From NCBI GenBank assembly GCA_000175855.1, contig ACYB01000035.1:494795-526794 (forward strand): a stretch of 32,000 nt of DNA. The letters run 5' to 3'. Positions 1 through 11,085 of this stretch are shown here, in pieces (within the stretch, counting starts at the first letter, position 1; each line of letters opens with the position of its first letter). The translations under genes were made by a program, and so were the position numbers. Below the pieces are notes generated by a model. It searched no databases and had not been told where the DNA came from. It saw only the letters and a program-made list of their open reading frames with translations. The stretch is from Raphidiopsis brookii D9. GTDB taxonomy: Bacteria; Cyanobacteriota; Cyanobacteriia; Cyanobacteriales; Nostocaceae.

Positions 1-333
1 GGCAAACTCCAAGTAGGGAAGTCTCCGTTGTCCGAGAACTAACATGATTACACCTCTTGCTTGTGCTACTAAAATTGTGTTGGCCATTCGGTAAAAAAAC
101 AATCTTTCAATAGCAACTACGTCTGGTTGTAATTCATCTAGCAGGGTGTGCAAATCATCAAATAAAGTAGATAATCGTTGGGTGATTTCCATATCAGAGG
201 GGGTGCGAATCACACCGAAATCAACCATTGTTATGGTGGTGTCCGACAATTTGGCTGACCTTTGCTCCAAGGAAATCGCACCAAACCCAACTATTGCTAA
301 TCCTGGATCTAATCCTAAAATTTGCCGTGTCAT
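1..333 (-). CDS. ruvC: Crossover junction endodeoxyribonuclease RuvC, N-terminal part (truncated by window edge)
   Basis: Reverse strand from CAT at 331-333 is open to the edge: [24 protein letters not shown]...[48 protein letters not shown]; matches RuvC GxDPGlxxxGfG and AIExxFF..N...a..lgqARGv. Absent from the ORF track because it runs off the edge. Confidence 0.95.
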   Translation of the reverse strand, partial: MTRQILGLDPGLAIVGFGAISLEQRSAKLSDTTITMVDFGVIRTPSDMEITQRLSTLFDDLHTLLDELQPDVVAIERLFFYRMANTILVAQARGVIMLVLGQRRLPYLEFA

Positions 334-482
334 AAATAATAATTCCGGTTTCTGGATTGAAATTTGGTTGACCCAGGACTTGGTTGGGAGTTTCCGGTTA
401 GCAATGGCCAAATCATGAAGGATTAAATACTAGATAGTATATAATTTTAAACACTTCCTGTACCATACTCCCTTTTTTAGGT

Positions 483-1853
483 ATGTCCATCGGTTTTCTG
501 AAACAGGCTATTAATGCTATACACAACCAACCATATAGCAGCACTACCCATCGGGTCAACCAATGGTTTAAATGGTTATCTCCTGGAATATCGGTGAAAC
601 GGTGGTTTATGGTCACTGTCAGCGGTGTCCTCCTAGCCATTTTGGGTTTGGCCATTTGGATGAAGCTAACCCCCATCTTTTGGATCTTAGAGTTACTCAA
701 GGGTTTATTGGCCCTTTTAACGGACATTTTACCCCACTATGTCAGTGGACCCTTAGTTTTGTTATTGGGTGGACTCCTAGTGCTTTGGGGACAATCTCGC
801 ACCGTGGGTTCCATTACTCAAGCTTTAAGACCACAGGGATCCCAAGAGGAACTCATAGATGTGATCTTAGCACATCATCGTTTGTATCGAGGTCCAAAAA
901 TTGTGGTTGTTGGCGGTGGTACTGGACTTTCTACCCTACTAAGGGGACTAAAAACTTATAGCGCCAATATTACTGCGATTGTCACTGTTGCTGATGATGG
1001 TGGATCTTCTGGTAGGTTACGTCAGGAATTTGGTGTTTTGCCCCCGGGTGATATTCGCAATTGTTTAGCTGCTCTTGCAGATGAGGAAAAGTTATTAACT
1101 GAATTATTTCAATATCGTTTTCGAGCTGGTGATGGACTCACAGGACACAGCTTTGGTAATTTGTTCTTAACTGCTATGAGTGACATCACTGGGGATTTAG
1201 AACGAGCAGTGGCAGCTAGCTCTAAAGTATTGGCGGTTAGAGGACAAGTTCTACCTGCTACCTTGAGTGATGTTCGCCTTTGGGCGGAAATGGCTGATGG
1301 TCGTCGTATAGAAGGAGAATCTAGCATTCCTAAGGCTGGAGGTAAAATTGTCAAGATTGGCTGTCTCCCCGCCAACCCTCCTGCCATACCCGCAGCTATT
1401 AAGGCTATTCGCAGTGCTGATTATATTATTGTTGGACCTGGTAGTTTATATACTAGCCTCATCCCTAACTTGCTAGTTCCTGAAATTACTCAGGCGATAG
1501 CCTGTGCTAATGTACCTCGTATTTATATCTGTAATATTATGACCCAACCAGGAGAGACGGAAGGATATAGTGTATCTGAACATATTCGAGCTATTGACCA
1601 TGCTTGTGGCGATCGCAAACTTTTTGATGCTGTCCTGGTGCATAGAAGAAGTCCCTCGGCTCAAGCTTTAATCCGCTATGCTCAGCAAAATTCCCACCCT
1701 GTATTTCTGGACACGGAAGCTGTTTCCCAATTAGGAAGACGCATTGTTCCTGCTAATGTAATATATGAGGATGAAACGGGTTTTGTTCGTCATGACCCCC
1801 AAAAACTAGCTAGGGTTCTATTAAAATGGTATGGTGCTGCGAGTAAAAAATAG
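483..1853 (+). CDS. YvcK/CofD-like family protein (gluconeogenesis factor type) with N-terminal membrane segments
   Basis: 456 aa; [52 protein letters not shown] and [18 protein letters not shown] motifs; hydrophobic N-terminus. Confidence 0.93.
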   Translation: MSIGFLKQAINAIHNQPYSSTTHRVNQWFKWLSPGISVKRWFMVTVSGVLLAILGLAIWMKLTPIFWILELLKGLLALLTDILPHYVSGPLVLLLGGLLVLWGQSRTVGSITQALRPQGSQEELIDVILAHHRLYRGPKIVVVGGGTGLSTLLRGLKTYSANITAIVTVADDGGSSGRLRQEFGVLPPGDIRNCLAALADEEKLLTELFQYRFRAGDGLTGHSFGNLFLTAMSDITGDLERAVAASSKVLAVRGQVLPATLSDVRLWAEMADGRRIEGESSIPKAGGKIVKIGCLPANPPAIPAAIKAIRSADYIIVGPGSLYTSLIPNLLVPEITQAIACANVPRIYICNIMTQPGETEGYSVSEHIRAIDHACGDRKLFDAVLVHRRSPSAQALIRYAQQNSHPVFLDTEAVSQLGRRIVPANVIYEDETGFVRHDPQKLARVLLKWYGAASKK

Positions 1854-1871
1854 GATCCACAAATTATTGTT

Positions 1872-2300
1872 ATGACTAGGATCTACCTGCAAGATGCAAA
1901 AGCTACACGGGAATTTGGCATTAATTTGGCAAAAACCCTGAAGCCAGGTACGGTAATTTTATTACAGGGTGATTTAGGTGCAGGTAAAACTACTTTAGTG
2001 CAAGCCATAGGGGAAGGTTTAGGTATCAGTGACCCAATTGTCAGTCCTACCTTTACCCTAATTAATGAATACACTGATGGCATCCTACCTCTTTATCACC
2101 TGGATTTGTATCGCCTAGAACCTCAGGACGTAGCCAATCTCTATTTAGAAAACTACTGGGAAGGAATAGACACCACCCTGGGAATTGTGGCTGTTGAATG
2201 GCCTGAACGCATGCCATACCTACCTCATAGCTATTTAAAGCTGATTCTGACTTATGAACAGGATAATAACTCTCGTTATGTAGAAATTATTAGCTGCTGA
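1872..2300 (+). CDS. tsaE: tRNA threonylcarbamoyladenosine biosynthesis ATPase TsaE
   Basis: 142 aa; Walker A LLQGDLGAGKTTLVQAIGEGLG, SPTFTLINEY, HLDLYRL. Confidence 0.95.
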   Translation: MTRIYLQDAKATREFGINLAKTLKPGTVILLQGDLGAGKTTLVQAIGEGLGISDPIVSPTFTLINEYTDGILPLYHLDLYRLEPQDVANLYLENYWEGIDTTLGIVAVEWPERMPYLPHSYLKLILTYEQDNNSRYVEIISC

Positions 2301-3197
2301 CTACCTTGAAACATAAGCTAGAGCAAAACGATTAATTCCAGCTAGGTCAGTGTGAATAGAAATATGGGAATAATTGCCATTATTTATCAGCATTTCTCTA
2401 ACCATTTCGTCTTGTCCAGCCATCATTTCAATTAACCATACACCACCTGGGAGCAAATAGTGGGGAGAAACTTCTACTAGATAACGAATTGCTTCCAAAC
2501 CGTCCACACCTCCATCTAAAGCTAAATGGGGTTCGTGCTTGACTACTTCCGGTTCTAGGGTTCCTATCAGATCACTAGGAATATAAGGTGGATTGGACAC
2601 CATACCACTAATTTTACCCTTGAGGTGATTTAGAGGTTCCCACCAGCACCCCTGGTGGAATTCCACCCGCTGTGTAAAACCCAGGTTCCTTGCATTTGTC
2701 CTAGCAACGGCCAAAGCCTGTTCGCTTATGTCCGTACCATAAATCTTAGCATTTGTCAATACCTCTACCAAACCCAGGGCGATCGCTCCACTACCAGTAC
2801 CTAAATCCACCCAGATTCCGGATTGCAGGTCTTGGTTAGCAGATTCGATCACCAGGTCAATGAGTATCTCCGTTTCTGGTCTGGGGATTAACACTGCGTC
2901 GGACACAGCAAGGGTAAAGTTTCGCCAAGGGGTTCTACCTGCAAGATACTGAATTGGCACTCTTTGTTGTAACCGCTTTTGCCACAGACTGTCTAATTCA
3001 GCTAGGGATAGCACCATGGTCATTTCTTGGTAGTCTTTAAAAGATTCCAAACGCAGTGTTAATTTGTCCATTCCTGCTAGCTCTTGTAAGAGCCAATCCA
3101 CCTCTCGTGGTGAAATACCCTTAACTAAAGCAGTAGTTATAGCCGAATTTCGCCATTTCCATAGTGCAATTCCGCTAGTTAGCTGTTGATTAATCAT
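2301..3197 (-). CDS. prmC: Peptide chain release factor N(5)-glutamine methyltransferase PrmC/HemK
   Basis: 298 aa; VPIQYLAG, PRPETE, DLGTGSGAIALGL, SNPPYIP, EPHLALDGGVDGLE. Confidence 0.96.
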   Translation of the reverse strand: MINQQLTSGIALWKWRNSAITTALVKGISPREVDWLLQELAGMDKLTLRLESFKDYQEMTMVLSLAELDSLWQKRLQQRVPIQYLAGRTPWRNFTLAVSDAVLIPRPETEILIDLVIESANQDLQSGIWVDLGTGSGAIALGLVEVLTNAKIYGTDISEQALAVARTNARNLGFTQRVEFHQGCWWEPLNHLKGKISGMVSNPPYIPSDLIGTLEPEVVKHEPHLALDGGVDGLEAIRYLVEVSPHYLLPGGVWLIEMMAGQDEMVREMLINNGNYSHISIHTDLAGINRFALAYVSR

Positions 3198-4012
3198 GAG
3201 CGTGGTTTTGGGGGTATGGTTTTTGGCTGGGCGCTATTGGAACGCAGACTATTAAGGTGTTGTCTGGATTCGGGGGATGGAATCAAAACCAGCTGTTTTA
3301 ACCAATCATCGTTGTTTTGAGTCAAGATATTAATTAATCCATCCACACCTACAACCTGAATATAGGACTGGGGGAACTTTCCCTTCACCTTGGTCAGTAA
3401 ATTTTGGGCATCTTGTTTGCTAAAAAACAAGGGAATTATGGTTTGGGGTTTTTTCCCACCTACTTGAATAGTAATGTGACTTTTATCCTTCCCAGATATG
3501 ACCATAAAAATCGGCACACTTTTTAACTGCTCTACCCGTTGACCACTAGCTTTCATTAGCTGTGCTGCTCCCGTCATTTCTTGGGACACCGGGTTAAAGG
3601 AAAACAAAAGCTGACTAGGTTGATTTTGTTGTTGTTGCTGTTTTTGATATATAAGTCCCAAAGGTACGGTAGTAACCTGCAACTTTTTGAGCATTTCCTG
3701 GTTTTTTGGGTCCTTGTCTTTCCCTCGAATTTGCCTAAACTTTTGCACAAAGTTTAAAGCTTCTTGACGGCTCATATATACATCCGTTACTGCTCTTTCC
3801 TGTTTTCCATCTTGGGAAGATATCATGCGACTTAAAGGTGTACCCTGGTCATTAGTTATCAAGTACACTGGAACTGCATCTAATTTACCCTTAATTTCTT
3901 GTGGTGGTAAGGCAAATACGGTGTTACCATGGCTTAAAGTAATCCCTAAAGTACTAGCGATTAAACCCAAGTTAATACCCACACGAACTAATGACTTGAT
4001 AAATGATTTCAT
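3194..4012 (-). CDS. Tic22-family protein (signal-peptide-bearing, periplasmic/thylakoid-associated)
   Basis: 272 aa; signal-like N-terminus MKSFIKSLVRVGINLGLIASTLGITLSHGNTVFALPPQEI; LDAVPVYLITNDQGTPL and 'QDAQNLLTKVKGKFPQSYIQVV' typical of cyanobacterial Tic22-like proteins. Overlaps prmC by 4 nt. Confidence 0.8.
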   Translation of the reverse strand: MKSFIKSLVRVGINLGLIASTLGITLSHGNTVFALPPQEIKGKLDAVPVYLITNDQGTPLSRMISSQDGKQERAVTDVYMSRQEALNFVQKFRQIRGKDKDPKNQEMLKKLQVTTVPLGLIYQKQQQQQNQPSQLLFSFNPVSQEMTGAAQLMKASGQRVEQLKSVPIFMVISGKDKSHITIQVGGKKPQTIIPLFFSKQDAQNLLTKVKGKFPQSYIQVVGVDGLINILTQNNDDWLKQLVLIPSPESRQHLNSLRSNSAQPKTIPPKPRS

Positions 4013-4120
4013 AACTGCTTCTGTCTAATTGGGCTTTATTACCAAGAACGGGTGGAGGAAAATCCTCACACCCCTTGACATTAATTTCTTGACATTAGTT
4101 TCATGGTCAAGATATTTATA

Positions 4121-6178
4121 TCAAGTTACACCGAAAACAATAACTAAGCCCAAAACAGCTCCGAACACAATCAGAGCATAAAACTGAGCGCGACCATTTT
4201 CTAGGTACTTCAGACCCTCACCACTGACCAGGGTGAAAAACCCAGTCAAATTAACCGCACCATCTACAACTCGAAAATCAACTTCCATAACTTGTCGAGC
4301 TACACGACGCAAACCAAGAACAAACACCCGATAATAGATATCGTCAAAGTACCATTTATTCAACGATAACTCGTACAGAGACCGGAACTTAGCAGCGATC
4401 GCACTGGGGTCAATTTTCTTAGACCAATACATAAGAATTGCCAAAGTAATGCCCACCACAGAAATAGCTACAGAACTACCCGCCATGAGATAAAATTCAT
4501 GGGGGTCAAATTTTGACGCTTTTTCCATTACTTCTGTGAGAGTTTCGGTTGGGGAAAAAATAAACTGCTCAAAATAGTTAGCATAGGGAGTTCCCACCAG
4601 TCCAATCAGAATAGAAGGAATAGCCAATACTAACAAGGGTAGAGTCATCGTCCAAGGAGACTCATGGGGTGAGTGTCCATGACCATGACTTTCCAACTCA
4701 CCTTTTTTCATTGCTCCTGGTCCAAAATTAGGTTGCAATTCCCCGCCTAACTTAGCAGTAGCTTGTTTGAGCATGGTTTTGATGGTTTGGTCATTACCCC
4801 GGAATTGACCCTCAAATGTTGAGAAATACATTCTAAACATGTAAAAGGCGGTGATTCCAGCAGTTACCCAACCAATCAACCATAGTAAAGGATTTGCAGC
4901 AAAAGCTGCACCCAATATTTCATCTTTAGACCAGAACCCAGCAAAGGGTGGAATCCCAGCAATTGCCAAACAACCTATTAAAAAGGTAATCCCCGTAGCT
5001 GGCATATATTTCCTTAATCCACCCATTAAGCGCATGTCCTGAGCTAAAACTGGGTCGTGACCCACCACTCCTTCCATACCATGAATCACTGACCCAGAAC
5101 CCAAAAACAGCATTGCTTTAAAATAAGCATGGGTCATCAGGTGAAATAAACCCGCACTGTAAGCACCCACTCCCATGGCCATGACCATATAACCCAATTG
5201 AGAAATGGTGGAGTACGCCAGTCCCTTTTTAATGTCATTTTGGGTAATGGCAATAGTCGCTCCCAAAAATGCTGTAAATGCTCCCGTAAAGGCAATCACA
5301 TTCATAGCAGCTGGCACGTGTTCAAACACCGGATACATTCGCGCAATTAAAAATACGCCTGCTGCTACCATTGTAGCTGCATGGATAAGCGCAGAAATCG
5401 GTGTGGGACCTTCCATAGCATCTGGGAGCCACACATGCAGCGGAAATTGGGCTGATTTGGCTACTGGACCGAGAAACACCAAAATGGCAAACAGAATCGC
5501 CAATGCATTGCTAATAGTACCCGATTCTACCAATTCTCCTAGGCGATCGCCCATGATAGTAAAATCAAAGCTACCTGTGGCCCAAAACAGTCCTAGAATC
5601 CCCAGCAACAACCCAAAGTCACCTACTCGGTTAGTTACAAATGCCTTTTGACAGGCCTCTGCTGCTGGTTTGCGGTCATACCAAAAACCCACCAGTAGGT
5701 ATGAACACATCCCTACCAATTCCCAAAAAATGTAAACTTGCACTAAATTAGGACTCAGTACCAACCCTAACATCGAAGAGCCGAATAAACTGAGATAAGC
5801 ATAAAATCGCACGTAACCCGGGTCATGACACATGTAGCCATCTGTGTAAATCATCACCAAAAAAGCTACCGTGGTTACCACTACTAACATCATAGCTGTC
5901 AGGTGGTCAATAGTATAGCCCATACTTAGGTGAAAGTTACCTGCTGATGCCCATTCCAGAGTAATTGTGTAGGGCGCATGACCTTGGTATTGACTCCATA
6001 ACAATGCCATAGAGAGACCCATAGCAATTCCCATCAAGGAGACAATCAGAACAGCATTTAGCTGTCGCAGGCGATTTGTTGTCTGATTTAACGATATTAG
6101 TCCTAGACCTACCAGCATTGCTCCTAAGAGGGGTAAAACTGGAATTATCCAGGCATACTGATAGATTACTTCCATCAC
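4121..6178 (-). CDS. ndhF: NAD(P)H-quinone oxidoreductase subunit 5 (NdhF)
   Basis: 685 aa; multi-pass protein, DHLTAMMLVVVTTVAFLVMIYTDGYM, LVGFWYDRKPAAEACQKAFVTNRVGDFG, LPDAMEGPTPISALIHAATMVAAG. Confidence 0.96.
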   Translation of the reverse strand: MMEVIYQYAWIIPVLPLLGAMLVGLGLISLNQTTNRLRQLNAVLIVSLMGIAMGLSMALLWSQYQGHAPYTITLEWASAGNFHLSMGYTIDHLTAMMLVVVTTVAFLVMIYTDGYMCHDPGYVRFYAYLSLFGSSMLGLVLSPNLVQVYIFWELVGMCSYLLVGFWYDRKPAAEACQKAFVTNRVGDFGLLLGILGLFWATGSFDFTIMGDRLGELVESGTISNALAILFAILVFLGPVAKSAQFPLHVWLPDAMEGPTPISALIHAATMVAAGVFLIARMYPVFEHVPAAMNVIAFTGAFTAFLGATIAITQNDIKKGLAYSTISQLGYMVMAMGVGAYSAGLFHLMTHAYFKAMLFLGSGSVIHGMEGVVGHDPVLAQDMRLMGGLRKYMPATGITFLIGCLAIAGIPPFAGFWSKDEILGAAFAANPLLWLIGWVTAGITAFYMFRMYFSTFEGQFRGNDQTIKTMLKQATAKLGGELQPNFGPGAMKKGELESHGHGHSPHESPWTMTLPLLVLAIPSILIGLVGTPYANYFEQFIFSPTETLTEVMEKASKFDPHEFYLMAGSSVAISVVGITLAILMYWSKKIDPSAIAAKFRSLYELSLNKWYFDDIYYRVFVLGLRRVARQVMEVDFRVVDGAVNLTGFFTLVSGEGLKYLENGRAQFYALIVFGAVLGLVIVFGVT

Positions 6179-6412
6179 TCACGCCTACTTTCAAAATTTT
6201 GACCATTTGAGGACAATAATGCCACAACTTTCCCCTTGATGACTGTGGATTAGGAAATGAGAGCAAATCAAAATTTTTTTCACCTCTTCTATATCCAGGA
6301 TGCAACAACTGGGCGGGAATTACCTCTCTGCTATATAAAATCTAGACAAAACTAGACTTTACTTTCTAATTCAACGGGAGCGAGGGGTTATCCCTCAGTT
6401 AATAGGACTTTC

Positions 6413-6811
6413 TTATGTTAAAGATATAGGTACGCCTACTTTTTTGCCTGTTTCCCTTTTTCTCTTTCCCACTCCCCTGTTACTAATATATTTGTATTTT
6501 ATTTCTCCCAATGCTTGACGTAAATCATCCCGACTGCGAAAACCTTCTAAACGTTCCCGGACAATTCCCTTTTCTATTAGTAGTAGGGTTGGTAGGGATT
6601 TCAGTCTATAGGTCGTAGACAACTTAAAATTTTGGTCGGCGTTAACCCCCACCAGTTTCACGCCTACCCCGCATTCAGCTTGAAACTGTAGCAACAATGG
6701 ATGGATAAGACGACACAATCCACACCAGGGAGCCTCAAAATTAACTAACACAGGTACTGAGGACTCTAAAACTTCTTCAGTAAATGTTCGATCACTAACC
6801 GATAACACCAT
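6413..6811 (-). CDS. Thioredoxin-family protein with a CGLC active site
   Basis: Track ORF reaches 6856; MVLSVSDRTFTEEVLESSVPVLVNFEAPWCGLCRLIHPLLL suggests start at 6811. Thioredoxin pattern VLVxFxAPWCGxCR...L..YxxxxxPTLLxxxxG. Confidence 0.85.
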   Translation of the reverse strand: MVLSVSDRTFTEEVLESSVPVLVNFEAPWCGLCRLIHPLLLQFQAECGVGVKLVGVNADQNFKLSTTYRLKSLPTLLLIEKGIVRERLEGFRSRDDLRQALGEIKYKYISNRGVGKRKRETGKKVGVPISLT

Positions 6812-7232
6812 GACGCCTCTTGATTTATAGGGTTTTTTATCACCAGCAACTATCACCGACAGGTCTTAAGAAAATCAGATTTCTATGTGAAATTAGGGGA
6901 TTGACCACCCGCAATTTCTGACCTTCTTTTGCTCCGACACCAAAAATATTTAGGGACAGTTATAAAATTACTGTCAGGATATGCATGGTATCTTATCGCA
7001 TTAAACAGTTTCTATTTTTATTATTGGTTTTATCCAAACCAAGATATCTATCGGCTAGTCACCATGCATTAACTATGTTTTGGGTTTGCTTCATTGATAA
7101 TCCAGGTAATAATCTAGTATGACACAATTTGGGGATCATTAACCACTTTTAAGAAAGGCGGATAATTTAACCAACAGTTTAGCCAAATTAGTGAAATTAA
7201 AATCTTATGGCAACAGTAGGGATCGTTGCTAA

Positions 7233-7958
7233 CTACCATAATACCATATTGCTGGACAGGATTAACAAAGGATGAGACCACCAAAATAAACCTACAAAAA
7301 TGGCGACTCCCAAGTAAGCAGGACGAATAAATTCCTGCCACTTTAGCGATTGTCGACCATCAAAAATTGCTTGAAAGGGAATAATGGAAGTGCGCTGTCT
7401 GACTAGTTCAAAAGCTTCACCATATCTTTGACTCAACCGGTGATCTCCATGCCAAACTCCAAATAAATGGTGTAAAATTAAACCCAGTGATGTCACCAAA
7501 GTGAAGCTGGTGCCAATCCAAAGGGTGTGGGCAATACACCAGATCACTTGTCCTACCATTTGTGGGTGGCGAGTAATCCGAATAATACCTGTTTCATAAA
7601 GGTGGACTTGAGGCTTTTGAATGGCAGCAATTTCTAGTAAATTGAAGGTAGCAGGATATAAAAATAAAAAGGAAATCGCTGATAATACCCAAACGGTTAA
7701 CTTTACTCCCCCCATATCTTGTAATTGCCATAGTTGCCAACCATCATAACGATGATTAAAAAAGTAGCTAATTAAGACCGCTGCTAGGGGTAGGCTAATC
7801 AGTGCAAATGCGATTCGATACAATCTAGGTCCAACTTGTTTTTCTGCCCAGGGACGCAGAGCTGCACCTCCACTATGGGCGATCGCAAAAATCAACTGTA
7901 AACCCAACATGATAAAATGACTGGTGGTCAACCAAGAATTGGAAATCATAAAGTACAA
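7233..7958 (-). CDS. NnrU-family membrane protein (Z-ISO related)
   Basis: 241 aa; HSGGAALRPWAEKQVGPRLYRIAFALISLPL, ITRHPQMVGQVIWCIAHTLWIGTSFTL, HRLSQRYGEAFE. Confidence 0.82.
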   Translation of the reverse strand: MYFMISNSWLTTSHFIMLGLQLIFAIAHSGGAALRPWAEKQVGPRLYRIAFALISLPLAAVLISYFFNHRYDGWQLWQLQDMGGVKLTVWVLSAISFLFLYPATFNLLEIAAIQKPQVHLYETGIIRITRHPQMVGQVIWCIAHTLWIGTSFTLVTSLGLILHHLFGVWHGDHRLSQRYGEAFELVRQRTSIIPFQAIFDGRQSLKWQEFIRPAYLGVAIFVGLFWWSHPLLILSSNMVLW

Positions 7959-8134
7959 CTCGAATCCAACATTTACAATACCTCAGTGTAGCTAAGTGCA
8001 GGTAACAAATATAGAGTTAAAAACAGCTAACCGGTAAATGATATAAAAGTCATATAAATCATTGCCCATGTTAAAACTACCTGCGCCAATTAATTTTCCC
8101 AGATGCTCTTTCCCTAGTTTATAGGTTAAGCCCT

Positions 8135-9154
8135 ATGTCTGACCTTCCTTTCACTTTAGACCAGTTACGCATTCTCAAAGCTATTGCCCAAGAAGGGAGC
8201 TTTAAACGTGCTGCTGAGAGTCTTTATGTCTCCCAACCAGCTGTCAGCTTGCAAGTACAAAACCTGGAACGTCAGTTAGATGTTCCCCTATTTGACCGGG
8301 GTGGGAGACGGGCCCAACTGACTGAAGCTGGACATCTCCTCCTTAGCTATGGTGAAAAAATCTTGGGTTTGTGCCAAGAAACTTGCCGTGCAATTGAGGA
8401 TTTACAAAATCTTCAAGGTGGTACCCTGATTGTCGGTGCTTCTCAAACTACGGGAACATACCTGCTACCACGTATGATTGGTATGTTTCGTCAAAAATAC
8501 CCCGATGTGGCCGTACAACTTCATGTTCACTCAACCCGTCGTACAGCATGGAGTGTGGCTAATGGACAGGTTGATTTGGCAATTATTGGTGGTGAAATAC
8601 CCACGGAACTGGCAGAATATTTGGAGGTTCTCCCATACTCTGAAGATGAGTTAGCCCTCATATTACCCACCTTCCACCCTTTTACCAAACTCCATACCAT
8701 TCAAAAGGAAGACCTATATAAACTACAGTTTATTGCCCTCGATTCCCAATCTACTATCCGTAAAGTTATTGACCATGTGCTAGTACGTTGTGGTCTTGAT
8801 ACTAGAAGATTTAAATTTGAAATGGAGCTAAATTCCATTGAAGCTATTAAAAATGCTGTTCAGTCCGGTTTGGGCGCTGCCTTTGTTTCTACTTCAGCTA
8901 TTGTTAAGGAGTTACAAATGGGCATGCTCCATCGCTCAACCATTGAGGGTGTAATTGTCAAACGCACACTGTGGTTGATTTTTAACCCTAACCGCTATCG
9001 TTCTAAAGCTGCAGAAGCTTTCAGCGAAGAAATTCTTCCCCGCTTTGCTAATCCTGGATGGAATCCAAATGCCTTAAAAACCTCAACACCTACTAATAAT
9101 CTGTTAGATATAGACACAGATAATGACAGTTTATTCGCATCAGATTCGGAATAA
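8135..9154 (+). CDS. rbcR: LysR-family transcriptional regulator, RbcR type
   Basis: 339 aa; [70 protein letters not shown], substrate domain [23 protein letters not shown]. Located next to ndhF/nnrU as in other cyanobacteria. Confidence 0.9.
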   Translation: MSDLPFTLDQLRILKAIAQEGSFKRAAESLYVSQPAVSLQVQNLERQLDVPLFDRGGRRAQLTEAGHLLLSYGEKILGLCQETCRAIEDLQNLQGGTLIVGASQTTGTYLLPRMIGMFRQKYPDVAVQLHVHSTRRTAWSVANGQVDLAIIGGEIPTELAEYLEVLPYSEDELALILPTFHPFTKLHTIQKEDLYKLQFIALDSQSTIRKVIDHVLVRCGLDTRRFKFEMELNSIEAIKNAVQSGLGAAFVSTSAIVKELQMGMLHRSTIEGVIVKRTLWLIFNPNRYRSKAAEAFSEEILPRFANPGWNPNALKTSTPTNNLLDIDTDNDSLFASDSE

Positions 9155-9173
9155 TTCACATTAACTTACTTCT

Positions 9174-10982
9174 ATGGAAAACTGGCAATTTCTAATCCAG
9201 AAACAGGGCGATCGCCATTGGCAAAGTCTCGACTCCTCCCGTTTGGAAATTTCGCTGGGTAGATATAGGGTCTTGGCTCGTTCTCATCTTGTTAATCAAC
9301 AGGTGGAGGTACTAGTAACCCATTCTCTCCCTTGGGCAGATCAATCTAAAAAGCCGATTATTCAGGGCACTCGTCGGTCTAATCAGGATGGTTGGATCGC
9401 AGTTTTACCTTTTACTGATCTCCAAGAGGGAATTTGGGAATTACAATGCTGGGGAAGGGTAGAAGAGGAGGATGAATCTTGGCAACACAATCTTGTACTG
9501 GGGGTTTCTTCCTCTGATGAAGACGGGTTAACACCATTGGAATATAACTATCCAATTGACACTCAAGCTGAGTACAGGTTTAATGATGCTAATAGTGATG
9601 CTATTTTATCTACTGGGGAAGATTTAATCAATCAGCCAGCCAGTCCCGTCTTGTCCGGAGGAGAAACAGCAGAGGAAATTTTACAAAGAGTCATAGATTT
9701 CGCCTTACCTAACTCCCCATCCGCTCCAGAAGATTTAGATGTATCTGGGGAGGATGTGGATCATTCCCCCTCTCTACCACTGGAACTGTTTTTGGAACAG
9801 AATACCTATATAGTTAATTGGGGTAAGCCGTTTAGTATTAACGGTTATGGAATTTTATCAAGCAACAAACAACTCACATCTCCCCCATCATCTCCCGTTA
9901 AAATATATCAGGTTCATTTGTCGGTTCAGGTGCGATCTCCTGGTCAATCCAAAATTCTCCTTGATTTCCCACAGCACCTCTCTACAGAAGAACTATTACC
10001 TTTTGCTTTTAGTCATAACCTTACTATTCCCCATAACTGCATATCAAAATTACTTTTGGCTACCGTAAATCTGTATGGAAGTTTTACTCCCCATGATCAG
10101 GTTATCCTACTGGCTAGTTTTCCTTTTAGTATCACAGCCAAATTTGACCAGTTACTACCCCTAACCTCACAGACCTCTCTGGTACTGTCTACTGCACCCA
10201 ATCGTTATACTGGGACTTTATCCGCTCCTTTATCTTCTCCATCACATCTGGGGTTGGAACTGTTTAATCTGGTCAAAAGACCCGAACTAGCGCATTTTCA
10301 CGTTTTAGAACCAGCTCCTCATCAACCACTTCCTCCCAAAATTCAACCTCTATCTAAAGAGAGTAGATTATCACTTGTACCAGTGGAAATAGAGAAGGAA
10401 TTTTATCCGGTAGATATGGCGGTAGAAGCAAACCTGGAAGTATCGAAACAGGATACTGTCAATTTACCGAGTGATGAGATAGTTATTGATGATGCAAGTA
10501 TTAATACAATCATTAATCCGGAAGAAGACGAGCAGTATGATAGTGCTAATCAATCCCCGGAGTTGGAAAAACAATCATGGAACGATGTAAAAACTGGAAA
10601 AGAGATACTAGATTTAGAGAGTTTACCTACCCCTGGACTGTTTTTACCCAGTAGTGAGTTACTAGCTGGATCTTTGATAAAAATTCGCTTGGAAGTTGAT
10701 CAGATGTATCCAAATTTAACTATAAAACTATGGGTAGAAGACTGCCAAAACCGGGAGTTATTAGATGGTCCTCATATATTAAGAGATTTCCAACCCTATT
10801 CCCCGGGAAAGTGGCAAACAATTACCCAGTTGCTTGTACCCCTGGGTTGTACCCAAATTCTCATAGGGGCGATCGCCGTGGAGTCTGACAGTCAAAGGGA
10901 AAGTCATAAGGTTACAGTCATCAGGAATCTAATGGTAAATCCACAAAGTTCGGTTCCCATATCAAGTCATAACCTTTGGTGA
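9174..10982 (+). CDS. Conserved-looking hypothetical protein, 602 aa, acidic, no domain recognised
   Basis: Single long ORF 20 nt downstream of rbcR on the same strand; starts MENWQFLIQKQGDRHWQSLDSSRLEISLGRYRVLARSHL. Confidence 0.75.
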   Translation: MENWQFLIQKQGDRHWQSLDSSRLEISLGRYRVLARSHLVNQQVEVLVTHSLPWADQSKKPIIQGTRRSNQDGWIAVLPFTDLQEGIWELQCWGRVEEEDESWQHNLVLGVSSSDEDGLTPLEYNYPIDTQAEYRFNDANSDAILSTGEDLINQPASPVLSGGETAEEILQRVIDFALPNSPSAPEDLDVSGEDVDHSPSLPLELFLEQNTYIVNWGKPFSINGYGILSSNKQLTSPPSSPVKIYQVHLSVQVRSPGQSKILLDFPQHLSTEELLPFAFSHNLTIPHNCISKLLLATVNLYGSFTPHDQVILLASFPFSITAKFDQLLPLTSQTSLVLSTAPNRYTGTLSAPLSSPSHLGLELFNLVKRPELAHFHVLEPAPHQPLPPKIQPLSKESRLSLVPVEIEKEFYPVDMAVEANLEVSKQDTVNLPSDEIVIDDASINTIINPEEDEQYDSANQSPELEKQSWNDVKTGKEILDLESLPTPGLFLPSSELLAGSLIKIRLEVDQMYPNLTIKLWVEDCQNRELLDGPHILRDFQPYSPGKWQTITQLLVPLGCTQILIGAIAVESDSQRESHKVTVIRNLMVNPQSSVPISSHNLW

Positions 10983-11085
10983 ACTAACCACTTGATATTG
11001 TGTTAAAAATCTTGACCATTTGTCAAAAGGGTGGAAATTGTGCAGTAAACTCCTAAGATGACCCCGATTTTCAAGGACCCTTACT

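Noticed and set aside
146-418. 90-aa + strand ORF at left end
   Set aside because: Antisense to ruvC, whose reverse-strand protein is clearly homologous; no homology in the + translation.
413-1664. Track ORFs 413-727 (-), 572-961 (+), 1109-1387 (-), 1473-1664 (-)
   Set aside because: All overlap the well-supported yvcK-like gene in other frames; low-complexity shadow translations.
4851-6308. ORFs 4851-5042 (+), 5205-5651 (+), 5937-6308 (-) within or over ndhF
   Set aside because: Shadow ORFs of the ndhF coding sequence; no independent support.
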